Sequence record: MN106245.1
Origin: Klebsiella phage EI
Strand: one strand, 5' to 3'
Length of the DNA: 64,000 bases
Of this stretch, positions 26,174-36,601 are shown one piece after another. A program made the position numbers and the translations under genes. Position 1 is the first letter of the stretch. The number at the start of each line of letters is the position of its first letter. The notes under the pieces are model-generated. The model saw only the letters and a program-made list of their open reading frames with translations, was not told where the DNA came from and made no database searches.

Positions 26174-28879
26174 CTACCATCCTAAGATATCATCTAAGGT
26201 TGCAACGTGCTCATAGTTGATTCTAGCCGCTGATGTAAAGCCAGACAGCGGTTTAACAAACGTTTTTTGGAACAGCGTTGAGTAGTCAAGGTACTTTAAC
26301 ACATCTTCACGAATGCTAGGATCGATCTGAGTACCTGATGGCCATGCTATGCATTTGTCACCAAACGGGTTCTGGTCCCGTAACGGTAGTACCATTACTT
26401 TAGACCCTTCAACAATCGCTTCTGCATCTGGGATGTTTTTAGTAGCACGGTTATAAGCCAAGATTCCACGAATATGGAACGGGCATTTGTACCCAGGATA
26501 ACCGTTATCATCGTACTGAGCAATATTGTTCGCAGAACTAACACCAGCAATAGTCATATAATGCTGTTTACGGAATTCTTGTTCAAACTCTTTATAGTAG
26601 TCCTGTAATGAGCTTTCACCTTCTTGAAGCATACGGCGAATACATTCTTTCAATGCTTTCTGGCATGCTTTAGGAGTACTTGACTTTTGAGTTTCAAGGC
26701 CCATAATTTTCATTTTAGGGTCCGCGTAGCGAGTCCCTTCCATGTCATACACGTTCAAAGCGTATCGCTTCTTACCAGTCCAGAAACCACCAAGACCTTT
26801 AGAACCTAATGGAGGACAAGCAATAGCTTCTCGGTCCATAAACATCAGCTGTTCTTTGTTGTTCATGTAGTCGCACATATCCTGGAATGCACGGCCGATA
26901 GCTGGCTCTAATTTTTCTTTAGCAAACTTATCTAAGAAGTCTACTAAATGGTTCGTATCACGGAACTTGTCTTCACCGATCTTCTCGATTAATGGGTCTA
27001 CACACATATAGATTGAGTCTGTGTCACCATAGATAACATACTTATGGTTATCAGTCTTCAGTGTTTCATTGTAGAACTCGTTCACGCGGCGTTCAATCCA
27101 TTGCAAGGCTAATTGTCCGAACAAAGTGATTGCAGTTGCGTTACGAAGGTCGTAATAACGGAAGTGTACGTTACCAAGAGCACCATAAAGTGAGTTGATA
27201 AGTAGCTTACGACAGATCTGAGCTGTCATACCAGCGATTTCAGTACGAGTTGCTTTATCAAGCATACTCATCAAGATAGCTTCGTTAAAATCGTGAAGCT
27301 GCGCCTTAATACTTTCTTCCATATCGAAACGATAATCAAGAGTCGGTTCTGGCTTATCAGAGCTCTTTGGATTATGCAATGCTTCTTTAATCAGTTCTGC
27401 ATTACGTTGAGCCGCCAACATAAATCCTTTATGAAGTTTACGCTGGTCGAATACTTTCTTAATTTCAACAGGTACAACGCCATCAATATCTTTACGATAC
27501 ATCCAGCCATTAGGAGAACAAGAGTATTCTTCACTCGGTTTTGGAGCAGTACCAGCAATGTATTCATGAAGTGGGCGGACAGCAAACTGGCTATGCAAAG
27601 TTTCCGGGCTTATGTTAACTTGTCGAATAATACTCGGATACAGAGACGTCAGGTCAGCAGATACAACGTACTTATAACTATTAGGAGTAGGCTCTTTAAC
27701 AAATGCACCTGGGTAACTTTGTGGAATGTGGTGCTTTTTCTGAGGAATGACTTTATTGTCGTTCTTCAACGAGTTAAAGATGATTGCGTCCCATGTCTTA
27801 ATAGGGCTGAATACCGACTGCATCTGCATTTTAGCGTAATAAGCCATATCTAACGACAGGTTCAAGAACTGGCGTTTTTTATCGATTTGTTGTACTCGAG
27901 CAACGTCAATAATGTTATACGAAATATACCGTTGGTGGTTAGTTTCACGAAGTTTGTTGATAGGGCCGTCATATTCTAATTTACCCACGCCAAGTTCATA
28001 CTCAGCTACATAGTCAAGACGATACGAAGGCTGGTTCGTAAAACTAAATTTCTTGTATAAGTCTAAGTAATCAAGAACACTGATACCCATCGGTGTGATA
28101 ATTTCACGTTCATCACCAAAGTTATCTGCAATAATTTTGCTATTGACTTTACGAAGAGGGCTTAAACGCCTAGCGGTCTTTTCACCAAACACGTTCTTCA
28201 GTCGATTATAAACGTACGGGTTATCGAAACCTTCTACGTTCCAACCAGTTAGAATAACAGGGGTCTGTTGTTCCCACAGATTCAAGTATTCGAGAAGAAG
28301 TTCTTGTTCGTTATCAAACGGCAGATAAACAACTCGGTCAAGAATATCCTGAGGGATTTCATCACCACCTTCAGCTTCTGATTTACCGGCTAATACCGGG
28401 TCCCACTTAGTTACTTTGCCGTAAGGAGAATTCAAAAGGTCAAACACATAGAACTTATCAGCAATACTATCATAATGAGTTAATGCATCGATAGGATACT
28501 TGGCTTCATTAGGCTTCGGAAATTCTGGAGCTGTTACTTCGATGTCATAGTTACACTGGCGAACTAATGTCGGGTCAAAATGAATTTCACCTGGGTACCT
28601 ATCAGACAAATAAGCCAGCTTAAAGTCATCCATACCCATTGCATCTTGCCCGATGTCTTCCATTCTACGAATCCAGTTACGGGCTTCCTTCATATCTAAG
28701 AAATGTTTTTTCTTACAATTCATTCCGTAGATATCTTTGTACTTTGATTCAGTATCAGAATGATAGAACAGGGTTGGTTTATAATCAATCTGACGGGTCT
28801 GTTCAACCCCGTTTGAATCAATATATCGTTCGTGAAGTGTATTGCCAAGCTGTTCGATAGTTAAAAAGAATTCTTTCAT
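26174..28879 (-). CDS. 43: DNA polymerase gp43 (family B, with 3'-5' exonuclease), 901 aa
   Basis: Exo I FDIE, pol motifs DxxSLYPS, YGDTDS; length ~T4 gp43. Confidence 0.9.
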   Translation of the reverse strand: MKEFFLTIEQLGNTLHERYIDSNGVEQTRQIDYKPTLFYHSDTESKYKDIYGMNCKKKHFLDMKEARNWIRRMEDIGQDAMGMDDFKLAYLSDRYPGEIHFDPTLVRQCNYDIEVTAPEFPKPNEAKYPIDALTHYDSIADKFYVFDLLNSPYGKVTKWDPVLAGKSEAEGGDEIPQDILDRVVYLPFDNEQELLLEYLNLWEQQTPVILTGWNVEGFDNPYVYNRLKNVFGEKTARRLSPLRKVNSKIIADNFGDEREIITPMGISVLDYLDLYKKFSFTNQPSYRLDYVAEYELGVGKLEYDGPINKLRETNHQRYISYNIIDVARVQQIDKKRQFLNLSLDMAYYAKMQMQSVFSPIKTWDAIIFNSLKNDNKVIPQKKHHIPQSYPGAFVKEPTPNSYKYVVSADLTSLYPSIIRQVNISPETLHSQFAVRPLHEYIAGTAPKPSEEYSCSPNGWMYRKDIDGVVPVEIKKVFDQRKLHKGFMLAAQRNAELIKEALHNPKSSDKPEPTLDYRFDMEESIKAQLHDFNEAILMSMLDKATRTEIAGMTAQICRKLLINSLYGALGNVHFRYYDLRNATAITLFGQLALQWIERRVNEFYNETLKTDNHKYVIYGDTDSIYMCVDPLIEKIGEDKFRDTNHLVDFLDKFAKEKLEPAIGRAFQDMCDYMNNKEQLMFMDREAIACPPLGSKGLGGFWTGKKRYALNVYDMEGTRYADPKMKIMGLETQKSSTPKACQKALKECIRRMLQEGESSLQDYYKEFEQEFRKQHYMTIAGVSSANNIAQYDDNGYPGYKCPFHIRGILAYNRATKNIPDAEAIVEGSKVMVLPLRDQNPFGDKCIAWPSGTQIDPSIREDVLKYLDYSTLFQKTFVKPLSGFTSAARINYEHVATLDDILGW

Positions 28880-28927
28880 TTGGTTCCTTAGACGAGTAAT
28901 TGTCTTTTATTTGGTGAATGAATTATA

Positions 28928-28953
28928 CTCCAAAATGGGACCGAAGTCCCATT
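28928..28953 (-). terminator. rho-independent terminator after regA (AATGGGAC-ttcg-GTCCCATT + TTGG..)
   Basis: 8-bp stem tetraloop. Confidence 0.55.
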
Positions 28954-28963
28954 GCTTAAATCT

Positions 28964-29332
28964 TTAACTACCGATAGTGTACTTAGATTTCAGAGTCCAT
29001 TCAGGTTTCTGCTTAAATCCTATAACACGGAAGTTATTAGTCATTTCGTGCATGAACGTACGTTGACCTGGGGCAATCTCAATCAGACCCCAGTCTTCAA
29101 GCAGCCAAGCAATTGAGTCACGACGTTGTTCATCTTCTTCAGAAATAACTACAGGTCGACCGTCCAGTTTCAGCATTTCTTTAAAATGAACGATGTAGTA
29201 CAGGCCTTGCTTCTGAAGAATGTGACAGCTCTGATATAATACCTTATCACGATTATTAGCAATACCCATACGGGTCAAGGTTTCTTTGACCTTCAGAAAA
29301 TCCTCAGGCTGTTTTAATGTAATTTCAATCAT
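28964..29332 (-). CDS. regA: RegA translational repressor, 122 aa
   Basis: MIEITLKQPEDFLKVKETLTRMGIANNRDKVLYQSCHILQKQGLYYIVHFKEM.. near-identical to recalled T4 RegA; start refined to ATG 29332. Confidence 0.9.
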   Translation of the reverse strand: MIEITLKQPEDFLKVKETLTRMGIANNRDKVLYQSCHILQKQGLYYIVHFKEMLKLDGRPVVISEEDEQRRDSIAWLLEDWGLIEIAPGQRTFMHEMTNNFRVIGFKQKPEWTLKSKYTIGS

Positions 29333-29334
29333 AT

Positions 29335-29907
29335 CTACCATTCCAATGCTTGTTTTTTGAGTTGTTTTTGTTCTTTCACATTTTTAGTAATACTCTTAAC
29401 CATTTCATCTGTAACAAGAGCTTTAGCCTGTTTTAAGAAAGAAAGTAGATTACCTTTAGCGAACATTGTCTTATGATACATATCAGCATCATAGACGTTG
29501 ATTTTATAAAATGCTTGAATTACTTTAAGCACAAGCATTTTATTTGAATCTTCAGTTAGTTTAGCCCACTTACCATACCGCTTACCTTTAGGAACAGCAT
29601 GCTTCATATAGTTAAAGTGTGCTTGGTCTGAGAGACCTTGTCCCACCAGGTTCATTACATAAACGGCTGGCATACAATCAGCGTGTTGACTTAAAGCATT
29701 TTCAATCATGAACTTGCTGTAGTCCATTTGAGACACGTTGATTTGTTGCTTGGTATCATTAATTGCACCGATCAATCTGAAGAACTCGCTTTCAGCCGAT
29801 TCTTTAAACTGGTCTGCACATTTCTGAACCGCCGACCAATCCTTAGTCAGCCATGCGATTTGGTGTTCATTATATTCTGGTTCATCATCAAAAAAGAATA
29901 AACTCAT
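29335..29907 (-). CDS. 62: clamp-loader small subunit gp62, 190 aa
   Basis: NEHQIAWLTKDWSAVQ..FYKINVYD matches T4 gp62; ATGA overlap with 44. Confidence 0.85.
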   Translation of the reverse strand: MSLFFFDDEPEYNEHQIAWLTKDWSAVQKCADQFKESAESEFFRLIGAINDTKQQINVSQMDYSKFMIENALSQHADCMPAVYVMNLVGQGLSDQAHFNYMKHAVPKGKRYGKWAKLTEDSNKMLVLKVIQAFYKINVYDADMYHKTMFAKGNLLSFLKQAKALVTDEMVKSITKNVKEQKQLKKQALEW

Positions 29908-30863
29908 TTCCACTGCATCTCGATAGCTAATTGAATGAACATATACACGATGTGAAGTTCGGTTGAAGCCGCCACACCTTTGTATTGGTTGTTTTCACCA
30001 ATAATTTCATACATACGTACGATACTTGGTCCTGTGACCATAGTATACAGTTCAGACGATAGCTTATCTACGAACCATGCATAATCGGCTGCATATTTCG
30101 GGGCCAAAGCACGAAGAGATTTGATATCTTTATTTCGAAGTGCTTCGATAACTGCTTCGATTGAATCAGAGGCCTTAGTGACAATGTTTAAGATGCCTGC
30201 ATCAATAATTCCTTTAGAACTATAATGGTCTAGCATATTAATTGTCTTGCGAAGTTCAGGAAAGTTCTTAGATACTAACGCAGCCAGAACTTTACGGTCT
30301 TCAACAACAATACCTTCGTTTTCACAAATGGCAATACAGCGTTTCAACATTTCGCGTTGCATCGATTTGGCGTCTTCTTCAGAAGGAGAACCAAATGTGA
30401 TTACACGACAGCGAGACTGAAGTGGCTTGATAATACCATCAAGGTCGTTAGCAGTAATAATGATTGAACAGTTACTTGAGTATTGTTCCATGAAAGAACG
30501 TAAGTGACGCTGGGCTTCAGCTAAGCCACTACGGTCGAATTCATCGATAACGATGATTTTCTGACGACCTTCCATAGAGATAGAACTTGCAAATCGAGTT
30601 AATTCGTTACGAACAAAATCGATCTTACAATCAGAACCGTTGACAAACAACATCTCAGCGTTAACATCATGACACAATGCTTTAGCTACGGTAGTTTTGC
30701 CTGTTCCTGGTGAATTACTTTGGAGGATTAAGTGAGGAATCTGCCCTTTCTTAATAAGAGCCTGAAATATTTCTTTATCACGAGCCGGAAGAATACACTC
30801 TTCAATAGTGCTTGGACGATAACGTTGTTCAAACATGAACTCATTTTTATTTACTGTCAGCAT
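29904..30863 (-). CDS. 44: clamp-loader large subunit gp44 (AAA+), 319 aa
   Basis: SPGTGKTT Walker A, IIVIDEFD, SRC motif; start refined to 30863 with GAGGAAAA SD; same length as T4 gp44. Confidence 0.9.
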   Translation of the reverse strand: MLTVNKNEFMFEQRYRPSTIEECILPARDKEIFQALIKKGQIPHLILQSNSPGTGKTTVAKALCHDVNAEMLFVNGSDCKIDFVRNELTRFASSISMEGRQKIIVIDEFDRSGLAEAQRHLRSFMEQYSSNCSIIITANDLDGIIKPLQSRCRVITFGSPSEEDAKSMQREMLKRCIAICENEGIVVEDRKVLAALVSKNFPELRKTINMLDHYSSKGIIDAGILNIVTKASDSIEAVIEALRNKDIKSLRALAPKYAADYAWFVDKLSSELYTMVTGPSIVRMYEIIGENNQYKGVAASTELHIVYMFIQLAIEMQWK

Positions 30864-30909
30864 CAATATTTTCCTCAGTTCAGAGGGAGCCGTAGCTCCC
30901 ATTTAAATT

Positions 30910-31614
30910 TTATTGAAAGTCGAAAGTCGAATCGATTTCCATTGCTGTGATGTAAGTGTAGTTATCACTTTCAAATTTAGCAGCGGTTTGTTTCTTGCCA
31001 TCAGCCAGGTTTTTACCCCATAGCATCAGTTTGTAATCGGCAGGAACCATTTTCAAGTTATCGCGGTTAATAACAAAGTTGAAGTTTTCAGTACCATCAT
31101 ACTCACCAAGAGTTAATGCGTATTTAGGTTTAACCAGTTCCGGATCTTCAGTTTTGTTATAAGCCTGCATAACGATTTCACCAGACTTATTAGAAATGGT
31201 AATCGTGTCGAGGTTCAGACCGCTTGCAACACGTTTCAGCTGTTGAAGATCTTCAGCCTTCAGTTCAGTGATAACGTTTGCTACTGGGAAGCTTGCTTTG
31301 GCTTTCGGTACGACGATGGTAGATTTATCAGCACCGGCCCAGTACACCGCAGAACGATTGCTCTTGATTGCAATTTGGCCATCGTCTTGAAGAGTTACTT
31401 CGGCATCGTCGCCGACCAGAGACAGAACACTTAAAAAGCCAGACAGGTCATAGATTGCCAACTCGTTATCAATTTCATCTTGAATTGTTGTGTCTGCATA
31501 AGTCGTTCCGATAATAGAACGAGTCATAACAAAATTACCTGGAGTCAGAACGATACCAGAGTTAATGGTTGCAAAGTTTTTCAGTACTGCGATGGTTTCT
31601 TTAGAAAATTTCAT
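30910..31614 (-). CDS. 45: sliding clamp gp45, 234 aa
   Basis: MKFSKETIAVLKNFATINSGI.. colinear with recalled T4 gp45. Confidence 0.9.
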   Translation of the reverse strand: MKFSKETIAVLKNFATINSGIVLTPGNFVMTRSIIGTTYADTTIQDEIDNELAIYDLSGFLSVLSLVGDDAEVTLQDDGQIAIKSNRSAVYWAGADKSTIVVPKAKASFPVANVITELKAEDLQQLKRVASGLNLDTITISNKSGEIVMQAYNKTEDPELVKPKYALTLGEYDGTENFNFVINRDNLKMVPADYKLMLWGKNLADGKKQTAAKFESDNYTYITAMEIDSTFDFQ

Positions 31615-31632
31615 TTTATACCTTTCAAATCA

Positions 31633-32028
31633 TTATTTAGAGAATTCAGCGATAACTTCTTCAGCGACGAACCGGCCAGCAATAACCAGCTGTTCATCTG
31701 CATCTACGCAGTAGTCGTCTTCAAGACGTTCGCCGCCATTACGATCTACAACGGTCTTAGCACCGGCTTTAATAGAATCGGCATAATGAGCTCGCATCAA
31801 TTCTAACCATTTGTCGTTTACAGCAGAATCAAGAGCTTCATAATACGCCCAGCGAGCTCCAGGGGTTTTGATTTTAGCTTTAATAGCGGCTTGAGTGCCT
31901 TCGTCAAGAGCCAAAACCCAAGACTTACGAATTTTGTTCTGATTGTTAGGGTTCGAATCAGTACGCACGTTTTTAACTTGGATATCTTTAGCGGCCAGAA
32001 TGTTCATAGTATACTTATACCTTATCAA
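31633..32028 (-). CDS. rpbA: RNA polymerase-binding protein RpbA, 131 aa
   Basis: Size/position after 45 as in T4. Confidence 0.6.
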   Translation of the reverse strand: MIRYKYTMNILAAKDIQVKNVRTDSNPNNQNKIRKSWVLALDEGTQAAIKAKIKTPGARWAYYEALDSAVNDKWLELMRAHYADSIKAGAKTVVDRNGGERLEDDYCVDADEQLVIAGRFVAEEVIAEFSK

Positions 32029-32226
32029 TTAATCAATGTAGTCTTCAAGGAACCATGCAGAATGTCTGTTTGACATGATGCGATTATAATCTGTTTCTTT
32101 AAAAGCATTTTTAATCATTTGTTCAGTAACGATATGTTCATCGCCACTGAACGCGTTTGTAAGCCTGAAACGTTTCACTTCAGGCCAGGCCAGCAACCAC
32201 TGGCCTGTAATTGCATCTTCATTCAT
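32029..32226 (-). CDS. gp45.2-like small protein, 65 aa
   Basis: Position between rpbA and 46. Confidence 0.45.
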   Translation of the reverse strand: MNEDAITGQWLLAWPEVKRFRLTNAFSGDEHIVTEQMIKNAFKETDYNRIMSNRHSAWFLEDYID

Positions 32227-33905
32227 TCCATCACCGTAAAACGACCAACTTTCTTCATCTGTAGATGCTGGCCGTAAGCTTGTGGGTCATGGTCTCGGTG
32301 ACTGATAATAAACACATTAACATCAGCCATAGTATTCAGTATAGAACCTATAGATTTTATACCTTCAGCATCCGCGGCAGAGTCAAAAATCTCATCGAGG
32401 AAAAGACAGTTTATTTTAACACCGGATACCTTTTCGGCAATATCACGCCAGGTAAACAACAAGGCTATATCAATACGTGCTTTTTCACCTTGACTAAATG
32501 ACGCATAACTAAATTCTTCTCGACCTCTAGACTTAATAGTCTCAGAGAACTCTTCATTCAGTGTGAATGAGTAATCAGCTTCCATTACTTTCAAATACTG
32601 ATTAATATGTTTATTAAACAGTGGGATATATTTCTTGATAATAGCGCCTTTAATGCCAGTATCTTTCAACATGTCAGTGAGAATACCACGGTGATATTTT
32701 TCCATCACTAACTTAGTTTTCTCGGCCACCATTTTATCTAGTTCTACTTGGAGCAAAGCAATCTCTGAAGCGTGGTCAATGAATTCTGAAGCCGCTTGGT
32801 CTAGAGCCGCTTTAACCTTCTTAGCTTTCTCAACCGTGGATACTAACGCCTGTTTCTTAGAGCGAATATCTTGGGCGAGAGATTGCTGGGTCCTAACATT
32901 AGCTTCGTATTCGGCGACTAGCGTCTCCAGTGACTCTCTGTGGGCTTCTAAACTAGCGGCTGATGATTCACATTCATGAACCTTATCCGCTATCTTAGTG
33001 ACAACAGGATCGCCTGGGTGCAGTAAGCTCATACAGCTAGGACATTCGCCACCAGCATGATACATTTTAACAACTTTATTGAAAGAATTTATCTTACTCT
33101 GTAAGGTTGCAGTTTTCTGCTGAATCTCTTGCAGTGCAATTCTAGGGTCTTCATCTAAAACGATATCAGCTAAACGTGTAGCAGATTTTTCGATATCAGA
33201 TTTAATTTGACGAGCTTCAGAAGCAAGGTCATCATACATAGATTGCAAACGAGCCACATTTTCGCCGGATAGTTTCTTTTGGCGTTCTACGTTATCGTTA
33301 TAGATTTTAATCTGTTGAATGATGCCTTCTTGGCGGGCATCTATAACTTGGACTTGTGAGTTAATCTCACGGATTGAACTCTTATTTAGCTTATCCATAT
33401 CTGCTAGTAGAGATACTTCAAGAAGGTCTTCAACTAGTTTTCTTCGAGCTGGAGTTGATAGGCCCATGAATGGAGTATAGCCGGCAGTTCCAAGTACGAC
33501 AATTTGCTTAAAAGATGAATACGTCATTCCAATAAGCTCTTCGAAGTAAGCCTGGAAATCCTTTGAACTTGCGCTTTCGTCAAGTTTATCACCGTCTCGT
33601 ACAATTTCAAAAATATTAGGCTTCTGACCACGCTTGATGTGGAATGTGTGCCCGTCGTACTCCATCCAGAGTTCAACAACCAGATTCTTCTTATTGAAGG
33701 AATTAATTAACTGGCCTTTCTTGATATCACGGAAAGGTTTGCCGAATAAAGCAAATGTGATAGCTTCGAGCATAGTACTCTTACCGCCGCCATTTTTACC
33801 TGTAATTAACGTCTTATGGCATTTATCAAGTTGGATATCGATAGGTGCCTGACCTACCGACATAATGTTTTGGTACTTGACCCTATTTAACTTAAAAACT
33901 TTCAT
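32223..33905 (-). CDS. 46: recombination endonuclease subunit gp46 (Rad50/SbcC-like ATPase), 560 aa
   Basis: GKNGGGKST Walker A, long coiled coil, C-terminal LFLDEIFDS signature/D-loop; same length as T4 gp46. Confidence 0.85.
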   Translation of the reverse strand: MKVFKLNRVKYQNIMSVGQAPIDIQLDKCHKTLITGKNGGGKSTMLEAITFALFGKPFRDIKKGQLINSFNKKNLVVELWMEYDGHTFHIKRGQKPNIFEIVRDGDKLDESASSKDFQAYFEELIGMTYSSFKQIVVLGTAGYTPFMGLSTPARRKLVEDLLEVSLLADMDKLNKSSIREINSQVQVIDARQEGIIQQIKIYNDNVERQKKLSGENVARLQSMYDDLASEARQIKSDIEKSATRLADIVLDEDPRIALQEIQQKTATLQSKINSFNKVVKMYHAGGECPSCMSLLHPGDPVVTKIADKVHECESSAASLEAHRESLETLVAEYEANVRTQQSLAQDIRSKKQALVSTVEKAKKVKAALDQAASEFIDHASEIALLQVELDKMVAEKTKLVMEKYHRGILTDMLKDTGIKGAIIKKYIPLFNKHINQYLKVMEADYSFTLNEEFSETIKSRGREEFSYASFSQGEKARIDIALLFTWRDIAEKVSGVKINCLFLDEIFDSAADAEGIKSIGSILNTMADVNVFIISHRDHDPQAYGQHLQMKKVGRFTVME

Positions 33906-34924
33906 GCACTGGCCTCGATATACAGTTGAGTAGCTAATGCTTTAAGAGCATCGATGTCATCTTGAGATGTCGCGTCAGGAAGAGCTTCAATATATTCCAT
34001 CATCATATCAAGCAGACCCACTACTTCTTCTTCGTCGGCTTCTTCAGTGTCAACAGAGTTATCTACTTTAGAAACTGTGCGAAGTTCATGAACTACTTTT
34101 TCAAGCTCACTTTCGAAGGCTGGTAGTTTATCGTCTACCTTGGTAATAACTACACGAACTGCTAGATTTTTAAATTCATTTGCATTAAATGGCCCTGTTA
34201 CAGGGTAGAAGATTTTCCTGTGCCATGTTGTTTCGTTAGGGATGAAATCAAATGTTTGTAGCCGAGTGTCTTGAACCCAGAATCCTCGCGGGTCGTTCTC
34301 GTCACCCGCTGTAAGCGTCCAAGGCGTTCCGATGTACTTAACGTTTGCTGCGCTTGATATTGTGTGGAAGTGCCCAGACCATACTTGTTTGTACTTTTTG
34401 AGGAAATCTGGTTCGAGCCCATGAGATTTCATACCTTTATAAAAATAGAAGCCATTTAGCTCCCAGTGACCAATACAGTATTCAGCGCTAGACTGCTTGA
34501 TATGGTCCATGATTTGAGTTGTGTTTTCATCGCACATCCATGGAATCAAATCAATCAGGGTTCCATCGAAGTCTAAAGTCGTAGGCTTTTCAATAACCGT
34601 AACGTTATCGTATTTTCCCATTACTTCTTGAGCCGCGTTAGGAGTTAGAGTATTTTTATAGTGGCAGTCATGGTTCCCAACAATTGTAATAAGCTTAATA
34701 TTAGCATCATCAAGCTCTTTAATAATTTGTCGAGCAAACTCCATACACTTGTGAGTAATTGCTTTACGGACGTCAAAGATATCGCCGTATTGGATGATTG
34801 TGTCAATACCATTATCTTTAGCGTATTGAATATGGTCTCTGATGCCTTTCAATTGTATTTCTTGGACCCATGGGTCGTCAGCTTTAACACCTAAGTGCCA
34901 ATCGCCGCTATGAATTATTTTCAT
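33902..34924 (-). CDS. 47: recombination nuclease subunit gp47 (Mre11/SbcD-like phosphoesterase), 340 aa
   Basis: MKIIHSGDWHLG, GDIFD, GNHD phosphoesterase motifs; start refined to ATG 34924. Confidence 0.85.
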   Translation of the reverse strand: MKIIHSGDWHLGVKADDPWVQEIQLKGIRDHIQYAKDNGIDTIIQYGDIFDVRKAITHKCMEFARQIIKELDDANIKLITIVGNHDCHYKNTLTPNAAQEVMGKYDNVTVIEKPTTLDFDGTLIDLIPWMCDENTTQIMDHIKQSSAEYCIGHWELNGFYFYKGMKSHGLEPDFLKKYKQVWSGHFHTISSAANVKYIGTPWTLTAGDENDPRGFWVQDTRLQTFDFIPNETTWHRKIFYPVTGPFNANEFKNLAVRVVITKVDDKLPAFESELEKVVHELRTVSKVDNSVDTEEADEEEVVGLLDMMMEYIEALPDATSQDDIDALKALATQLYIEASA

Positions 34925-35525
34925 TTCGAATTCGTTCCCACATTTTAGTAGCTGCTGCAGAAGCAGAGCCTGGAAGTTTACCTTTAACCCACCCATCAGG
35001 AACATTATCAGGATGAATCATCTTATGTTCTATTCCGTTATTATACCACTTCTTACCCTTATTGTGGCAAGATGCTTTATACTTCGGAGAACGGCCTTCT
35101 ATAAATCCTTCTGGGATAAATGGTGCAAACGACTGTTCTAAAGTTTCAGGATGATAAGAATGGATATTACCAGAACCGTTATGGCTTCCATATAGAGGGT
35201 GCTTTTCTTTAGAAACATCTCTCCCAAAACAACCGTTAGGTACAGCAAAAGACATATTCATGAAAAGAGGAGAACGAACTACGTCATGAAGTTTTTGATA
35301 GTGCAACTCATTTGCAATAGCTTCTTGCCTGGTTTCAAATTGCTCTAAAAGAATTGTATCGAATAATTCAGGATGCTCTTCTTTCTCTTTATCATAAATT
35401 TCTTTGTATGCTTTAGAAATAACAGTACCGGTATAGCCTTCCATATGTTTCTTTAAGGAAGAAGAGCCAATGTAGAAAGGAGGGAGTTTATCTCCAGAAT
35501 AAATTGTTAGATAAGTTATATACAT
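34908..35525 (-). CDS. GIY-YIG homing-endonuclease-like protein (Seg-like), 205 aa
   Basis: N-terminal YITYLTIYSGDKLPPFYIGSS GIY-YIG motif; inserted where T4 carries alpha-gt. Confidence 0.55.
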   Translation of the reverse strand: MYITYLTIYSGDKLPPFYIGSSSLKKHMEGYTGTVISKAYKEIYDKEKEEHPELFDTILLEQFETRQEAIANELHYQKLHDVVRSPLFMNMSFAVPNGCFGRDVSKEKHPLYGSHNGSGNIHSYHPETLEQSFAPFIPEGFIEGRSPKYKASCHNKGKKWYNNGIEHKMIHPDNVPDGWVKGKLPGSASAAATKMWERIRNENNS

Positions 35526-35530
35526 AGTTA

Positions 35531-35556
35531 CCCTAAAAGGGCCGAAGCCCTTTAAA
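35531..35556 (-). terminator. terminator hairpin AAAGGGC-ttcg-GCCCTTT
   Basis: Overlaps stop of 62-aa ORF. Confidence 0.45.
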
Positions 35557-35740
35557 TTTTACGATACGTGATAGTACCTTCAGCTTTAGCTTTATCGTAA
35601 GCGAAATTGAACCGGTTAATCATTTCATTCTTATCGCTACGAATCTTTGCATAATCAATTGCTTTTTCCAAAGCTTCAGGAGAATACATAGCCCCGTTAC
35701 GAGATAATGTATTCGCTTTAGCTATTACAGCTTCCATCAA
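35552..35740 (-). CDS. hypothetical protein, 62 aa
   Basis: ORF track. Confidence 0.35.
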   Translation of the reverse strand: MMEAVIAKANTLSRNGAMYSPEALEKAIDYAKIRSDKNEMINRFNFAYDKAKAEGTITYRKI

Positions 35741-35822
35741 CCTTCACCGAAGCCGACCTTGGTTTCTACAACGCCAAGATCGTCTACATCATGGATAAAG
35801 TATTCAGAAGAATCAGGTTCTC

Positions 35823-36020
35823 TTACCATTTATACCACCTTTTAATTTGTGCAGTGTCAGCCCATACAAGCTCTTTCGGATCAGCTTTAATAATCACCCC
35901 TGTTGAGCCTAGAATGCGATAGTGCGTTTCTGATATTTTAACAGCCATAGTACCATTAGCTATAGACAGAGTGAATCCTGCGTTAACCTGCAAACGTTTA
36001 AATTTTACCTGCTTGATCAT
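35823..36020 (-). CDS. hypothetical protein, 65 aa
   Basis: ORF track. Confidence 0.35.
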   Translation of the reverse strand: MIKQVKFKRLQVNAGFTLSIANGTMAVKISETHYRILGSTGVIIKADPKELVWADTAQIKRWYKW

Positions 36021-36366
36021 TGATAATGTCCCAAATGATTTTGCGAGAGGTCTGCCAACCGGTCAGAATAATCTCATCAGTGTATGGTTGGCGTAAGATG
36101 TCACGAGATTTCTCGATAGCATACTTATACGCCGGGAAGTTATTGTCAAGAACAGCTACTTGAGCGTGTTTATACAAACGGTCAAGTTCATGACGGTTCT
36201 TACGGTAAATTTTATTAGCTTTTGCCTGCGCCTGACTTTCAGCAATAGCTTGCTGAGCCAGAATCGCTTCTTCAATTTCGTCCTTCTTGACACCACGTTT
36301 TTCTAGTGCTTCAGTGATGCTATCAATTTCAATCTCAGTCATTTTATACCTTAGGAATGTAATCAA
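35998..36366 (-). CDS. hypothetical protein, 122 aa
   Basis: ORF track. Confidence 0.4.
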   Translation of the reverse strand: MITFLRYKMTEIEIDSITEALEKRGVKKDEIEEAILAQQAIAESQAQAKANKIYRKNRHELDRLYKHAQVAVLDNNFPAYKYAIEKSRDILRQPYTDEIILTGWQTSRKIIWDIINDQAGKI

Positions 36367-36601
36367 TTACTACGCTAAATCCGTCATCAGAAACATTATA
36401 CTGATGGTTAATTAAAGCAGTTTCGGATGTGATATCCGTATCGTGTGGGTTCTTAGGGTCAATGTGAATATCAAGGTCAAGTATTTCCCTTAGATACATT
36501 TTAAGCAAATAAGGGATAGCATCTTGGTCTTGCACTTCTTCTAAAAATCCTTCGAGGTTAATCTTGAGCCTCATATAAAAATTCCAATTCATTACCTTCA
36601 A
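36344..36601 (-). CDS. hypothetical acidic protein, 85 aa
   Basis: ORF track. Confidence 0.4.
   Translation of the reverse strand: MKVMNWNFYMRLKINLEGFLEEVQDQDAIPYLLKMYLREILDLDIHIDPKNPHDTDITSETALINHQYNVSDDGFSVVIDYIPKV

Noticed and set aside
27293-27853. 186-aa plus-strand ORF inside DNA polymerase gene
   Set aside because: Lies entirely antisense to gp43, whose homology is unambiguous; shadow ORF
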